DNA from: a virus
Lineage: Duplodnaviria; Caudoviricetes
DNA length: 29,855 bases
Virus record (IMG/VR): IMGVR_UViG_3300016467_000162
Coordinates: 1-29,855 of that record
Reading direction: 5' to 3' (one strand)
Under the pieces are notes generated by a model, which worked only from the letters and a program-made list of their open reading frames with translations, made no database searches and was not told where the DNA came from. The position numbers and the translations under genes are program-made. Positions 8,610 through 17,105 of the stretch are shown in pieces. Position 1 is the first letter of the stretch. Every line of letters begins with the position of its first letter.

Positions 8610-8636
8610 TACAAAGATACTAACTTTTTTAGCAAT
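8610..8636 (-). promoter_or_regulatory. Promoter with TATCTTTG -7 element (8612-8619)
   Basis: 26/27 identical to 6613-6639. Confidence 0.8.
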
Positions 8637-9415
8637 TATTTATATATGATATTATTTTCCTTATCTAATTTAGCTTTTGTAACCATTGTGCATTTGCAAT
8701 TAGCATTATTTTCTATTCCTCCTGCTGGGTCGCCTGGATGTTTCATCATCGTACCTTGTGCATTAAACTTCTCGTTTAGGTCAATTGTTTTACCGCTTAA
8801 AGCAACGTGCCAATCTCTCGGCATCTTAGGGTGGTCGTGAATCCAAGTCTTTTCCATAACAATAGGCATCAATTCAGACTGAGTAAACTTAGCAGCATTT
8901 GTAACCATTACTGATTCCGTTCTTGCTATTAGTCTTGCTCTTGTCTTAGACATCCCTACTTCCTTAACTAATCTACGCTCTGCACCTCTAAAGCCTTCGT
9001 TATTTTCTAAAGCATCCGTAAAAGCCTTTTGTATTCTCTTTAAACTTGTGTCGTTAATATCTTTAATGTGCTGACCGCCAATGGTAGCAAAGTATTCTTT
9101 TAATGCTGCATCCATTATTGGATTCTCAAAGCCTACACCGATTGTCGCTTGTGCTGGTAAGTTAGCCTTAAGCCATTTAACATAACCTCGTGATTGTTTA
9201 TTCCAAGAAGTATTATAAAAAGTTTGCATAGCCTCTGCAATAGGAACACCTGTGTATAACATCCCTGAAAGCTGATAGCTAAATGCAACCGATTCAGATT
9301 CCCTTAAAGCATCTAAAATAGGCTGAATAGATTGTTTCAAAGCCTTAGAGAATAAACGATAGCCGTAAACTTCTAAGTACTTTTGTAGTTTTGTGTCAAA
9401 TTCTTCTTGTGTCAT
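8636..9415 (-). CDS. Minor head protein (Mu gpF / SPP1 gp7-like)
   Basis: RARLIARTES, KTW, RDWH, HPGDP...NCKC motifs; follows portal. Confidence 0.88.
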   Translation of the reverse strand: MTQEEFDTKLQKYLEVYGYRLFSKALKQSIQPILDALRESESVAFSYQLSGMLYTGVPIAEAMQTFYNTSWNKQSRGYVKWLKANLPAQATIGVGFENPIMDAALKEYFATIGGQHIKDINDTSLKRIQKAFTDALENNEGFRGAERRLVKEVGMSKTRARLIARTESVMVTNAAKFTQSELMPIVMEKTWIHDHPKMPRDWHVALSGKTIDLNEKFNAQGTMMKHPGDPAGGIENNANCKCTMVTKAKLDKENNIIYK

Positions 9416-10743
9416 TATAACGCTTTATCCGACATCCCTAATTCATCCAAATAAGTCAAGTTGGTAGGTACTAAAACTCTATCCATATCTTCTTGGTCTA
9501 ATCTATCGTAATTCATTGCATCTCTTTTTTCATTAGGAGTAATCCACCAAGCCTCTTTCATTTGAGAAACAATTTTTTCCATATCCTTTTGCATTTCAGG
9601 GAATGCCTGTGCATCATAGTCGATATAATATTCAACACCATCCCTCAAAGAATAGTAAGAAGCCAAATGGTAGTTAAACATATCTCTGATTATATTCAAA
9701 ATAGGAATAACCGTATTTGTAACCAAACCTTTATAAGCTAACTCTTTATTATTGTATGAACTTGAATCCGTAGCAAATAAGATAGGGTCAACACCAAACA
9801 CTCTGCAAATAGTATCTCTATCTGCGCCAATTGATTTAATAATCTCTAAGTCTGCTGGGGACATTCCAATTTGCTTATAATCAATAATGCCGTTAGTTGC
9901 TACAATTCTCTTGTAATTATCAGCACCCATTAATTTAGTATCAATCTGTTGGTTAATCTTGCTTATTTGTTCGCCATCTAATAAAGCCTCTTTATCTCCT
10001 GAGAATAATAAACCAGCAACACCACCATTAGCAAATGCTTTAGCTTTCGCCTTAGTACCTTCGTTTGAACTTGCAACCGTTAATGAAGCAGCTTTTAAAG
10101 GAGATTGACCATATAATTCCGTTCCTGAAATATCAAACTTAGGATTGAAAAATCTAATATGCGCTACCTCGTTGTCGTTAAATTGAATAGCTTGGTCTCC
10201 GATTTGTAACTTATAACCTCCAATTGGTCTGAATGTTCCGTTTCCTATAATCTGAGTATATTGAGAAGGCATTGGATACATCTTTGTTGGTACTCCCTTG
10301 TTACGACCTACTTCAGGAAAAAACTTATAAGCGTAAGCATTACCAGTAATCTCTAAGAATGCAACCATTGATTCAATAAATTCCTGCTGACCTTGCATTT
10401 CGTTTGGTCTTGCCATAATAGCATTTAACTCAGTACCTTCTACTTCGTCAAGTCCTTTTTTTAATAGATTGAATTTATTGTTCTTTGTTCTATTAAAACT
10501 CTTTTTGTTGCTTACTACATAAACGTAAAAAGGAACTGAAGCAGCTTTTTTTGCAATCATATTAACTACTGCATAAACATCAGGGTTATTCTGATAACCT
10601 TCAGCTACATAGGCTCTTGGGTTGTCAGGAATATTATACATCATATCTCCGTTGAAATATGAAAATAAAGATTGAAAGTATTTGTTACCTGCATCGCCTT
10701 GAGAAGGGATTATAGCAGCCTTAATTCTTTGTAAGAGATTCAT
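9415..10743 (-). CDS. Portal protein (HK97 family)
   Basis: LEITGNAY, YGQSPL, ICRVFGVDP, WITPNEKR; ATG 10743 preferred over TTG 10749. Confidence 0.93.
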   Translation of the reverse strand: MNLLQRIKAAIIPSQGDAGNKYFQSLFSYFNGDMMYNIPDNPRAYVAEGYQNNPDVYAVVNMIAKKAASVPFYVYVVSNKKSFNRTKNNKFNLLKKGLDEVEGTELNAIMARPNEMQGQQEFIESMVAFLEITGNAYAYKFFPEVGRNKGVPTKMYPMPSQYTQIIGNGTFRPIGGYKLQIGDQAIQFNDNEVAHIRFFNPKFDISGTELYGQSPLKAASLTVASSNEGTKAKAKAFANGGVAGLLFSGDKEALLDGEQISKINQQIDTKLMGADNYKRIVATNGIIDYKQIGMSPADLEIIKSIGADRDTICRVFGVDPILFATDSSSYNNKELAYKGLVTNTVIPILNIIRDMFNYHLASYYSLRDGVEYYIDYDAQAFPEMQKDMEKIVSQMKEAWWITPNEKRDAMNYDRLDQEDMDRVLVPTNLTYLDELGMSDKAL

Positions 10744-10758
10744 AAGCAATTATTTTTA

Positions 10759-10766
10759 CAAATTTA
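10759..10766 (-). promoter_or_regulatory. -7 promoter element TAAATTTG upstream of portal
   Basis: Matches TAnnTTTG in the terL-portal gap. Confidence 0.7.
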
Positions 10767-10774
10767 CGATAATT

Positions 10775-12064
10775 TTATATAACTACGAACTCAAACTTCT
10801 TAAGTTCAAACCACATACGCATCATTAGCGCATCGGAAATATCAGGCGACCTACCTAAATGTTCTTTGACTTTATCTTTTGGTAGCACCGCAAGTTTGCC
10901 ATCCTTATCAGCGTTGTGCCTTTGCACCCACTCAAGCTCTTCGGTCAATTCCTTTTTGATTGTTACATCTTCGGTCATAACCCAAACACCAGCCTGATTG
11001 ATTAACTCTGCTAACTTGTAATAGCATTCCGACTTTAAATTAATGTAGTTACCTGTTAATGCCTTGCTATTGTTTACGAATCCTTTAAAGCCATAATCGA
11101 CCACTCCTCCGCCAACACCATCCTCATCACAGATAATTTGAGAATAAGGGATTGAATGCTTTTTTGCTAAATGTTTAATGAATGCTGCTACTTCGTTAGT
11201 TGCCTTATTGGACAACTTGTGTATTTCAATAACTCTAAAGCCTGACCAAACCATAATAACAGACTTATCTTTACCAAACCTTGCTATATCGGCTGATATG
11301 TAACCTTTACCATTTGGAATATGCTCATTAGTAAATAAATCAATTATCTTATCGTATTCAATTAAAGCGTTATCGTTATCATCGTATTCCCAGTTACCAA
11401 ATAAAAGTCTTTCTTTACTTACTTTATCTAACGATTGAAGTGAATGGATATAATGTTCTGAAATATAAGGGTTGTCTGTTATTAAAGATTGAATAAATGC
11501 TTTGCTTTCGCTTATCGTACCATCCTTAGTAGGCTTATAGAAGTTATTATAAACATATCCTTTTGCAGGGTTGCAAGTGCCTAACATCTTTGGTATTAAT
11601 TTAAACTCAGTTAGTTTGTACCTGATACGAGATTTAACAATGTTCCAAGCCTTCTCCGTTATTTGATTGCACTCATCTATGAATGCGCCAGTTATCTCTA
11701 ATGAACCTAATTCATCAAAGTTTGGGTCTGAAGGATATTGAAATAAGTCTTTTAAGTAAATAGCCGAGCCATTTGAGAAAGTAATAATATTTGATTGAGC
11801 ATTGTAAACATAGTGCTGACCTGATTTGATTCCTTGCAGTTTGCAAACATCATAAAATGAATTTAAGGTAGTATCTTTTAAGGTCTTTAGGACTGCTCTA
11901 CCCATTAACCATCGTGAGCCTGGATATTTTAAGCAGTTCTTAATAATCCAATAAACACCAAGTGCTGATTTTCCTCCTGCTACACCGCCTCCAAATATTA
12001 CCTCGCTTGTTATGTTATCTTCTAATCTATCAAGTGCTTTAGTCTGCTTCTTCGTTAGTATCAT
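10775..12064 (-). CDS. terL: Terminase large subunit
   Basis: Walker A FGGGVAGGKS, Walker B AFIDEC, TCNP, nuclease ADIARFGKDKS and SPDISDAL; start 12064 or 12079. Confidence 0.95.
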   Translation of the reverse strand: MILTKKQTKALDRLEDNITSEVIFGGGVAGGKSALGVYWIIKNCLKYPGSRWLMGRAVLKTLKDTTLNSFYDVCKLQGIKSGQHYVYNAQSNIITFSNGSAIYLKDLFQYPSDPNFDELGSLEITGAFIDECNQITEKAWNIVKSRIRYKLTEFKLIPKMLGTCNPAKGYVYNNFYKPTKDGTISESKAFIQSLITDNPYISEHYIHSLQSLDKVSKERLLFGNWEYDDNDNALIEYDKIIDLFTNEHIPNGKGYISADIARFGKDKSVIMVWSGFRVIEIHKLSNKATNEVAAFIKHLAKKHSIPYSQIICDEDGVGGGVVDYGFKGFVNNSKALTGNYINLKSECYYKLAELINQAGVWVMTEDVTIKKELTEELEWVQRHNADKDGKLAVLPKDKVKEHLGRSPDISDALMMRMWFELKKFEFVVI

Positions 12065-12416
12065 AGGTTTTAGTTTCATTGAAAGTAATACCCAAATCCA
12101 TACCGCCAGTATGTTTTAAAGTAGTACCCAACCTTTCAGCTTCTTCAGGTGTGCCGATTAACTTATATAATCCCATCTGCAATGTAGGGTTTTCGCTCTT
12201 ATACCACTTTGAACGCATTGATGTTTTAATTTCAATACGGTTAGTTTCCAATTCTTCAAACATCTTTTTATAGTAGTCCGAATCGTTTGAAAAGTGTTCA
12301 TAAAATGTTGATTTACAACAAGGTAAGAATGCAACGACATCTTCTATAAAAAACAATTTGTGTTTCTTAATTTGTTCTATTGCAGTTTTAAATAATTCAT
12401 CTTTTTTGTATGCCAT
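12039..12416 (-). CDS. terS: Probable terminase small subunit
   Basis: Directly upstream of and overlapping terL; N-terminal HTH-like segment (IEDVVAFLPCCKSTFYEHF). Confidence 0.7.
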   Translation of the reverse strand: MAYKKDELFKTAIEQIKKHKLFFIEDVVAFLPCCKSTFYEHFSNDSDYYKKMFEELETNRIEIKTSMRSKWYKSENPTLQMGLYKLIGTPEEAERLGTTLKHTGGMDLGITFNETKTYDTNEEAD

Positions 12417-12418
12417 AA

Positions 12419-12907
12419 CTAAAATTCATTAATCCAAAAAGCAGTATGCTCTTTATTGTTTATAATCACATCAAATTTTAAATTAAATTGTTTAATAAAG
12501 TCAAAATAATAAAATTCAAATGTACTTGTTGCTAAAATAATAATAGGATTAAATGGTGTTTTTGATAATAAATATTGATAAGACATAATTTGTCCAAAAG
12601 CATTAAATGTTTCAGATTTATCGTGTCTTGGGTTTTTACATTCAATTAAAATATCTTTACCTTGTTTAGTAGTTATATAAATATCAGCATAAATTGAAAA
12701 TAAATCATATTCATTTAATATAAATCGTTTTTCTAATTCAATATTATCTATATCTAAACCATAAGCATTTTTAATTATAGCATCTAATTTAGGTAATAAA
12801 TTATCAGTAAATTCTTTTTCACTATTAAATTTCTCTTTTAAAGAAACACATCCTTGTTCTAAACTTATATAATTAATCTTCTCTAATTCTTCTGTTTTAT
12901 ATGCCAT
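12419..12907 (-). CDS. PD-(D/E)XK family nuclease-like protein
   Basis: E-x..ADIYI...IECK...AFGQIMSY motif arrangement; visibly AT-rich. Confidence 0.7.
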   Translation of the reverse strand: MAYKTEELEKINYISLEQGCVSLKEKFNSEKEFTDNLLPKLDAIIKNAYGLDIDNIELEKRFILNEYDLFSIYADIYITTKQGKDILIECKNPRHDKSETFNAFGQIMSYQYLLSKTPFNPIIILATSTFEFYYFDFIKQFNLKFDVIINNKEHTAFWINEF

Positions 12908-14108
12908 AATCTACTCCGTTTCTTTTAATTTTAATTGTTGGGTCAAGTTTACGCATTCGGTCTACTATTACTTGGCAATACTTTGGGTCTAATTCCATAC
13001 CGTAGCATTTACGATTAAGTTGGTGTGCTGCTACCATTGTTGTTCCAGTTCCCATAAATAAATCTAATACTGATTTAGCAAAATCCATTTTTTCTATTAT
13101 CCAAGCTGGAAAAGCAATAGGAAATGTAGCTTTATGAATTTGTGCATAATCATTACCACTTGCATTTTCAGTTTCAATTACATTTGGAAATTTACCTTGC
13201 CATTTACAAGGAAATCCTCTTGTTTCATTTTTTTCACTAAAACAAAATACATATTCCCATTTAGTATTAAATGCACCTTTTACAATATTTGGTGGACATT
13301 GTGATTTATTCCAAATTAATATATCTTTTAATTGTTCTTTTAATTTATATTGATAATCTATTAATGTAAATTTATTTTGTGCTAACATTTGAATATTTAT
13401 AAAAGAATATGTTGCAAAAGTTATTGAATTTATTGTAAAATCATATAAAAATTGAATATATTCTTCATCTGTTTTTGCATCATTTTTATTTTGATATTTT
13501 TCATCAAAACCTTTAACCCTACCATTAAGATGACTATTTTTTGCTGCATTGTATGGAGGACTTGTAAATGCCATATCAGCCTTTTGACCATCCATTAATT
13601 TAGCTACTGCATCACTATCTGTTGAATCCCCACAAAGTAACCTATGTTCTCCAATTTCAAATAAATCCCCTAAAACAATATCTGTTTCTATTCCACCTTC
13701 AGGTGCTTCAAAGTCATCCTCTTCAGCTTCTAATTCTTTACCAAAGTCTGGCACATCTAATCCCCAAGCATCAAGTTCTTCTGCATCCCATTCGTTAGCT
13801 AACATATTCCAATCCCATTCGCCACCGCTTACATTATCTTTAATAATAAACTGCTTTTGTTCTTGTTCTGTCAAATCGCTTACTTTAATAATTGGAACTT
13901 CTTTTAATCCAGCGTGAATACAAGCCTTTAATCGCATATTTCCACCTAAAACAATCATATCATCATTTACGACAATAGGTCTTATTTCAAGCATCTTTGG
14001 GAACTCCTGTATTGATGCTACTAATTTCTTAAACTTGTCATCCTTGATAATTCTTGGATTATTAGGGTTTGACTTTACTAATTTTATGCTTACTAATTCG
14101 GTTTTCAT
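12897..14108 (-). CDS. ParB-like domain fused to an N4/N6 DNA methyltransferase (beta class)
   Basis: NPNNPR...LGGNMRLKA (ParB); FTSPPYN catalytic motif precedes the LDLFMGTGTT SAM-binding motif. Confidence 0.9.
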   Translation of the reverse strand: MKTELVSIKLVKSNPNNPRIIKDDKFKKLVASIQEFPKMLEIRPIVVNDDMIVLGGNMRLKACIHAGLKEVPIIKVSDLTEQEQKQFIIKDNVSGGEWDWNMLANEWDAEELDAWGLDVPDFGKELEAEEDDFEAPEGGIETDIVLGDLFEIGEHRLLCGDSTDSDAVAKLMDGQKADMAFTSPPYNAAKNSHLNGRVKGFDEKYQNKNDAKTDEEYIQFLYDFTINSITFATYSFINIQMLAQNKFTLIDYQYKLKEQLKDILIWNKSQCPPNIVKGAFNTKWEYVFCFSEKNETRGFPCKWQGKFPNVIETENASGNDYAQIHKATFPIAFPAWIIEKMDFAKSVLDLFMGTGTTMVAAHQLNRKCYGMELDPKYCQVIVDRMRKLDPTIKIKRNGVDYGI

Positions 14109-14112
14109 TTTA

Positions 14113-14120
14113 CAAAGGTA
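14113..14120 (-). promoter_or_regulatory. -7 promoter element TACCTTTG, 4 nt before ATG 14108
   Basis: Matches TAnnTTTG; intergenic. Confidence 0.7.
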
Positions 14121-14128
14121 ATATTTTT

Positions 14129-14509
14129 TTATAATTCAGCTACTTTCTGCGTGTATAAGTCAATCAACTCCTGATAATCTAACTTGCCCATTTTTTTTGT
14201 TTGATGCCTTTTATATTCCAGGTAATCCATTCCACCTTTGCCTATTTCTTTTTCAAGCCTCTTATAATACTCTATATAATTACCACTTTTGGCTATATTG
14301 CATCCGTAGCATTGTGGTCGACAATTTTGCTCATCATATCTTAAACTTAAAATACCTCTTGAATAAAAATGACCATTTTGTATCTTATTGTATGGTAAAA
14401 CCTTATCACAAGTAAAGCACTGGACATCTAAATTTTCATCAGCATACTTTAAACGAATATAAGTCGAAAATATAGCGTCTGCTTTCTTTTTTAGGATTGT
14501 TGTACTCAT
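14129..14509 (-). CDS. ninG: NinG/Rap-like recombination endonuclease
   Basis: FSTYIRL, CFTC, GHFYSR, LRYDEQNCRPQCYGCN. Confidence 0.85.
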   Translation of the reverse strand: MSTTILKKKADAIFSTYIRLKYADENLDVQCFTCDKVLPYNKIQNGHFYSRGILSLRYDEQNCRPQCYGCNIAKSGNYIEYYKRLEKEIGKGGMDYLEYKRHQTKKMGKLDYQELIDLYTQKVAEL

Positions 14510-14868
14510 TTCACAAGGATTTTATTGTAAGAAACTTCGAATACTACTCCCCAAATAATACAAAATAGAAATACATCCATTTGACCAAATATAGGGTTAT
14601 AAAAGATAATCGCTAACGAAACAAACGCTAACATCAAAGACTTTGCTAAATGCCATCCATCAGTTAAAAAGACTAACCAAGTAGAAGATAGAAAAAAGCG
14701 TTCTCCGTTTAAGATACTTCCGTTTTTCCATTTGTTTTTCCAACTAATGCGCCAATCTAAAAACTTATCATACTTAGAATCCCTAAATACTGATATATCG
14801 TACCTGGTACTTAAAACATCCATCAAAGCATTACAAAAAGCTGCTAATATTACAAAGATTATACTCAT
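14506..14868 (-). CDS. Hypothetical membrane protein
   Basis: About three hydrophobic segments; Trp-rich loop; coupled to neighbours. Confidence 0.65.
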   Translation of the reverse strand: MSIIFVILAAFCNALMDVLSTRYDISVFRDSKYDKFLDWRISWKNKWKNGSILNGERFFLSSTWLVFLTDGWHLAKSLMLAFVSLAIIFYNPIFGQMDVFLFCIIWGVVFEVSYNKILVK

Positions 14869-15221
14869 AAGTCATCTATCATTTCCAGCGTTTTAATCCT
14901 TTGGCTCATTTCTGCTATAATTATTTCCGCTTCGTGCCTCAAAGTTAATAACTCATTTCTTAATAACAAATTCTCTCCTTGTAAATCAGTCAAAAGCACA
15001 AAAGCAAAATTAAGAGTTTCTAAAGCATTCAAATTATCTTGATAGGTCTTACTATCAATTTTAGTTTTATTCGCATCTAATAGCTTAATTTGCATAACGC
15101 AAAGTAAATCTGCTATCTTGTATAGAGTTGATTGCCTAAAATCCGTTCTTGGAATCCTTTTTTCTAATTCACTCTCTAAAACTGCTTTTAAAGGACTACT
15201 TAACTCTGATAACTTTTTCAT
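14865..15221 (-). CDS. Hypothetical helical/coiled-coil protein
   Basis: ORF overlapping both neighbours. Confidence 0.6.
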   Translation of the reverse strand: MKKLSELSSPLKAVLESELEKRIPRTDFRQSTLYKIADLLCVMQIKLLDANKTKIDSKTYQDNLNALETLNFAFVLLTDLQGENLLLRNELLTLRHEAEIIIAEMSQRIKTLEMIDDL

Positions 15222-15387
15222 CTAATAATATAAATTTCTTGTCTTGTACTGGGTTGATTAATTCGATTACTTCTCTTAAAGCATCTACATAATACTGCGA
15301 AGATAGCTTATGGATTGGTAATACTTCAAATGGTTTTAAACTAAAAAGCCTTGCTTCTGAATGTTTAATGAATTCTTGTAGTGTCAT
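15196..15387 (-). CDS. Hypothetical protein
   Basis: A-rich leader; fits the operon. Confidence 0.55.
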   Translation of the reverse strand: MTLQEFIKHSEARLFSLKPFEVLPIHKLSSQYYVDALREVIELINPVQDKKFILLDEKVIRVK

Positions 15388-15399
15388 AATTTTATTGGT

Positions 15400-16350
15400 T
15401 TAAAAAGGTAATATTTTTGGTTGTTCAAATGTAACATATTTTCCTGCATAACTTTTAAGTCCGCCAATTTCTTCATAATAACAGTTCTTCCATCTATCAA
15501 AGAATAAAGTAGCTTCTCCTATTTCTCCAACTCCTTTAGGTTTAGTCTTTTGCACTATAATCTTAACTTCATTAGCCTGGTAAGGAATCCCATCTTTTGC
15601 AACTCCGAATGGTGGTCTCCAAACGCAAATCATTTGCTCTCCCTTTCTAAAGGATGTTTCTCCGCCATCAATATATCGTGGGTCAGCAGGTGGGTAATAT
15701 TTAATTCCAGTAGATTCATCTATAACCTTTGCGCCTACTTCTCTCGCTATGTGCATAATGATTGTGTGATGGTAATTGTATTCCCTTGCATACATCCTGA
15801 TTTTACCTAATACTCGAGCCATATACATATCTCTAACTTCTCCGTTTAGTTCGTGCTTTACTTCGTTAAAAGGGTCGGTAGTTACCGTATCGAATTTAAT
15901 TCCATATTTTTCAACTGCTAAATGAAAGTCATCTAAAGTTATATCTTTTACTCCTAAGTCCATAATGTAGAAATATTGGCTAACCTCTAATCCGTACCTG
16001 TAAAGTTCTTGTTTAGTTAGTCTTGCTATTTTATTCCCATCTAAGTCAAAGAAAGGTTTACCTGCCCACTTATGAATTATCTCTGCAAATATCTCTGCTG
16101 GAGTTCCTGTCTCAGGAGAAAATATTAAATGCTTCCACCCTTTAGATTTAGATAAGTTAATTAAACATTCCCACCAAAATTCAGACTTGCCTGAAGCAGG
16201 AGTTCCGTAGATGTAACTTGTAGCACCCTTTTTAAAAGATATTAGCTTATCTATTTCGGAGAATCCAACCGTTTCGCCTTTGATTAATCCTGTATCATAT
16301 AACGAATCTAATTCGCTTAATACATCTTCATATTTTTTAATAAAGTCCAT
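15400..16350 (-). CDS. SF4 (DnaB/T7 gp4-like) replicative helicase, no primase domain
   Basis: Walker A GTPASGKS, FSPE, DPFN, MHIAR, QKTK; follows the initiator. Confidence 0.8.
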   Translation of the reverse strand: MDFIKKYEDVLSELDSLYDTGLIKGETVGFSEIDKLISFKKGATSYIYGTPASGKSEFWWECLINLSKSKGWKHLIFSPETGTPAEIFAEIIHKWAGKPFFDLDGNKIARLTKQELYRYGLEVSQYFYIMDLGVKDITLDDFHLAVEKYGIKFDTVTTDPFNEVKHELNGEVRDMYMARVLGKIRMYAREYNYHHTIIMHIAREVGAKVIDESTGIKYYPPADPRYIDGGETSFRKGEQMICVWRPPFGVAKDGIPYQANEVKIIVQKTKPKGVGEIGEATLFFDRWKNCYYEEIGGLKSYAGKYVTFEQPKILPF

Positions 16351-16997
16351 TAGTAGTAAAATGTTGGTATGATAGGTGCTTGTATTTTCTTTTTATTCTC
16401 ATCTTTAAACCAGTTGTTTAGCATCGTATTCTTCCAATTGACAACCTGATTGCCTTTGCTATTTTTCCAACCTAAATTATTGTAGTAATGATACGCTTTA
16501 TTTGCGACTTCTCTTGAATATCCATTTTCATCAAAGTAAGCTAAAACATCTTCTAAAGTAGGGTTTATTATTTCATCTACCTTTACTTTACTTCTATTTA
16601 CTTTACTTATCTTTACTTTAGATGTGTTACGAACTTGTTTGAAATGCGTTTCATTTTCTGTAACTTGCTGATTTTCACGCCATTGTTTCAATCTTTCTGC
16701 GGTTTTTTCTTTTTTTATCTTGTAGTTTTCACTATACTTTAGCAATTGTTTGTTGAAACTTTCTCCATTGTTTGATGAAATTAGTCCAATAGTTTCCATA
16801 AATGACCAGCATTTCTCCAGCTTTTTACCTATGTTTAATTGCTTTTTTAAGACTGATGTTTTGACTGGTTTTTCTTGTTGAGCAAACTTCTCTAAGGCAG
16901 TGTAAAATAATCCCAAACCTTCATAGCCAAAAGCCATATATAATTCGGTTATTTTCTCATCATTAAATGAATTGCTATCGTGTAGATAATATTTCAT
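16350..16997 (-). CDS. Replication initiator (Lin1244/DUF4373-like N-terminus)
   Basis: YYLHDSNSFNDEKI...GLGLFY, low-complexity linker, C-terminal PTLEDV...GW...NWK; upstream of the helicase. Confidence 0.75.
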   Translation of the reverse strand: MKYYLHDSNSFNDEKITELYMAFGYEGLGLFYTALEKFAQQEKPVKTSVLKKQLNIGKKLEKCWSFMETIGLISSNNGESFNKQLLKYSENYKIKKEKTAERLKQWRENQQVTENETHFKQVRNTSKVKISKVNRSKVKVDEIINPTLEDVLAYFDENGYSREVANKAYHYYNNLGWKNSKGNQVVNWKNTMLNNWFKDENKKKIQAPIIPTFYY

Positions 16998-17005
16998 AAA
17001 TATGT

Positions 17006-17101
17006 AAAAAAAAGAATCCCACCAGGTCGAGATTTGGCAGGATTCAGGTTATTTAATAACCATTTAGTAATTTCATCTGTTCTCGACTCCAAATGAAACT
17101 A
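17006..17101 (-). ncRNA. Structured leader RNA with complementary loops and a terminator (candidate attenuator)
   Basis: Three hairpins; loop GUCGAGA (17081-17087) is complementary to terminator loop UCUCGAC (17026-17032); U8 tail. Confidence 0.65.
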
Positions 17102-17105
17102 TATG

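Noticed and set aside
8447-8635. 62-aa minus-strand ORF
   Set aside because: TTG start, runs through a promoter and terminator and overlaps the protease out of frame
12158-12340. 60-aa ORF nested in terS
   Set aside because: Out-of-frame nested ORF with no supporting signals
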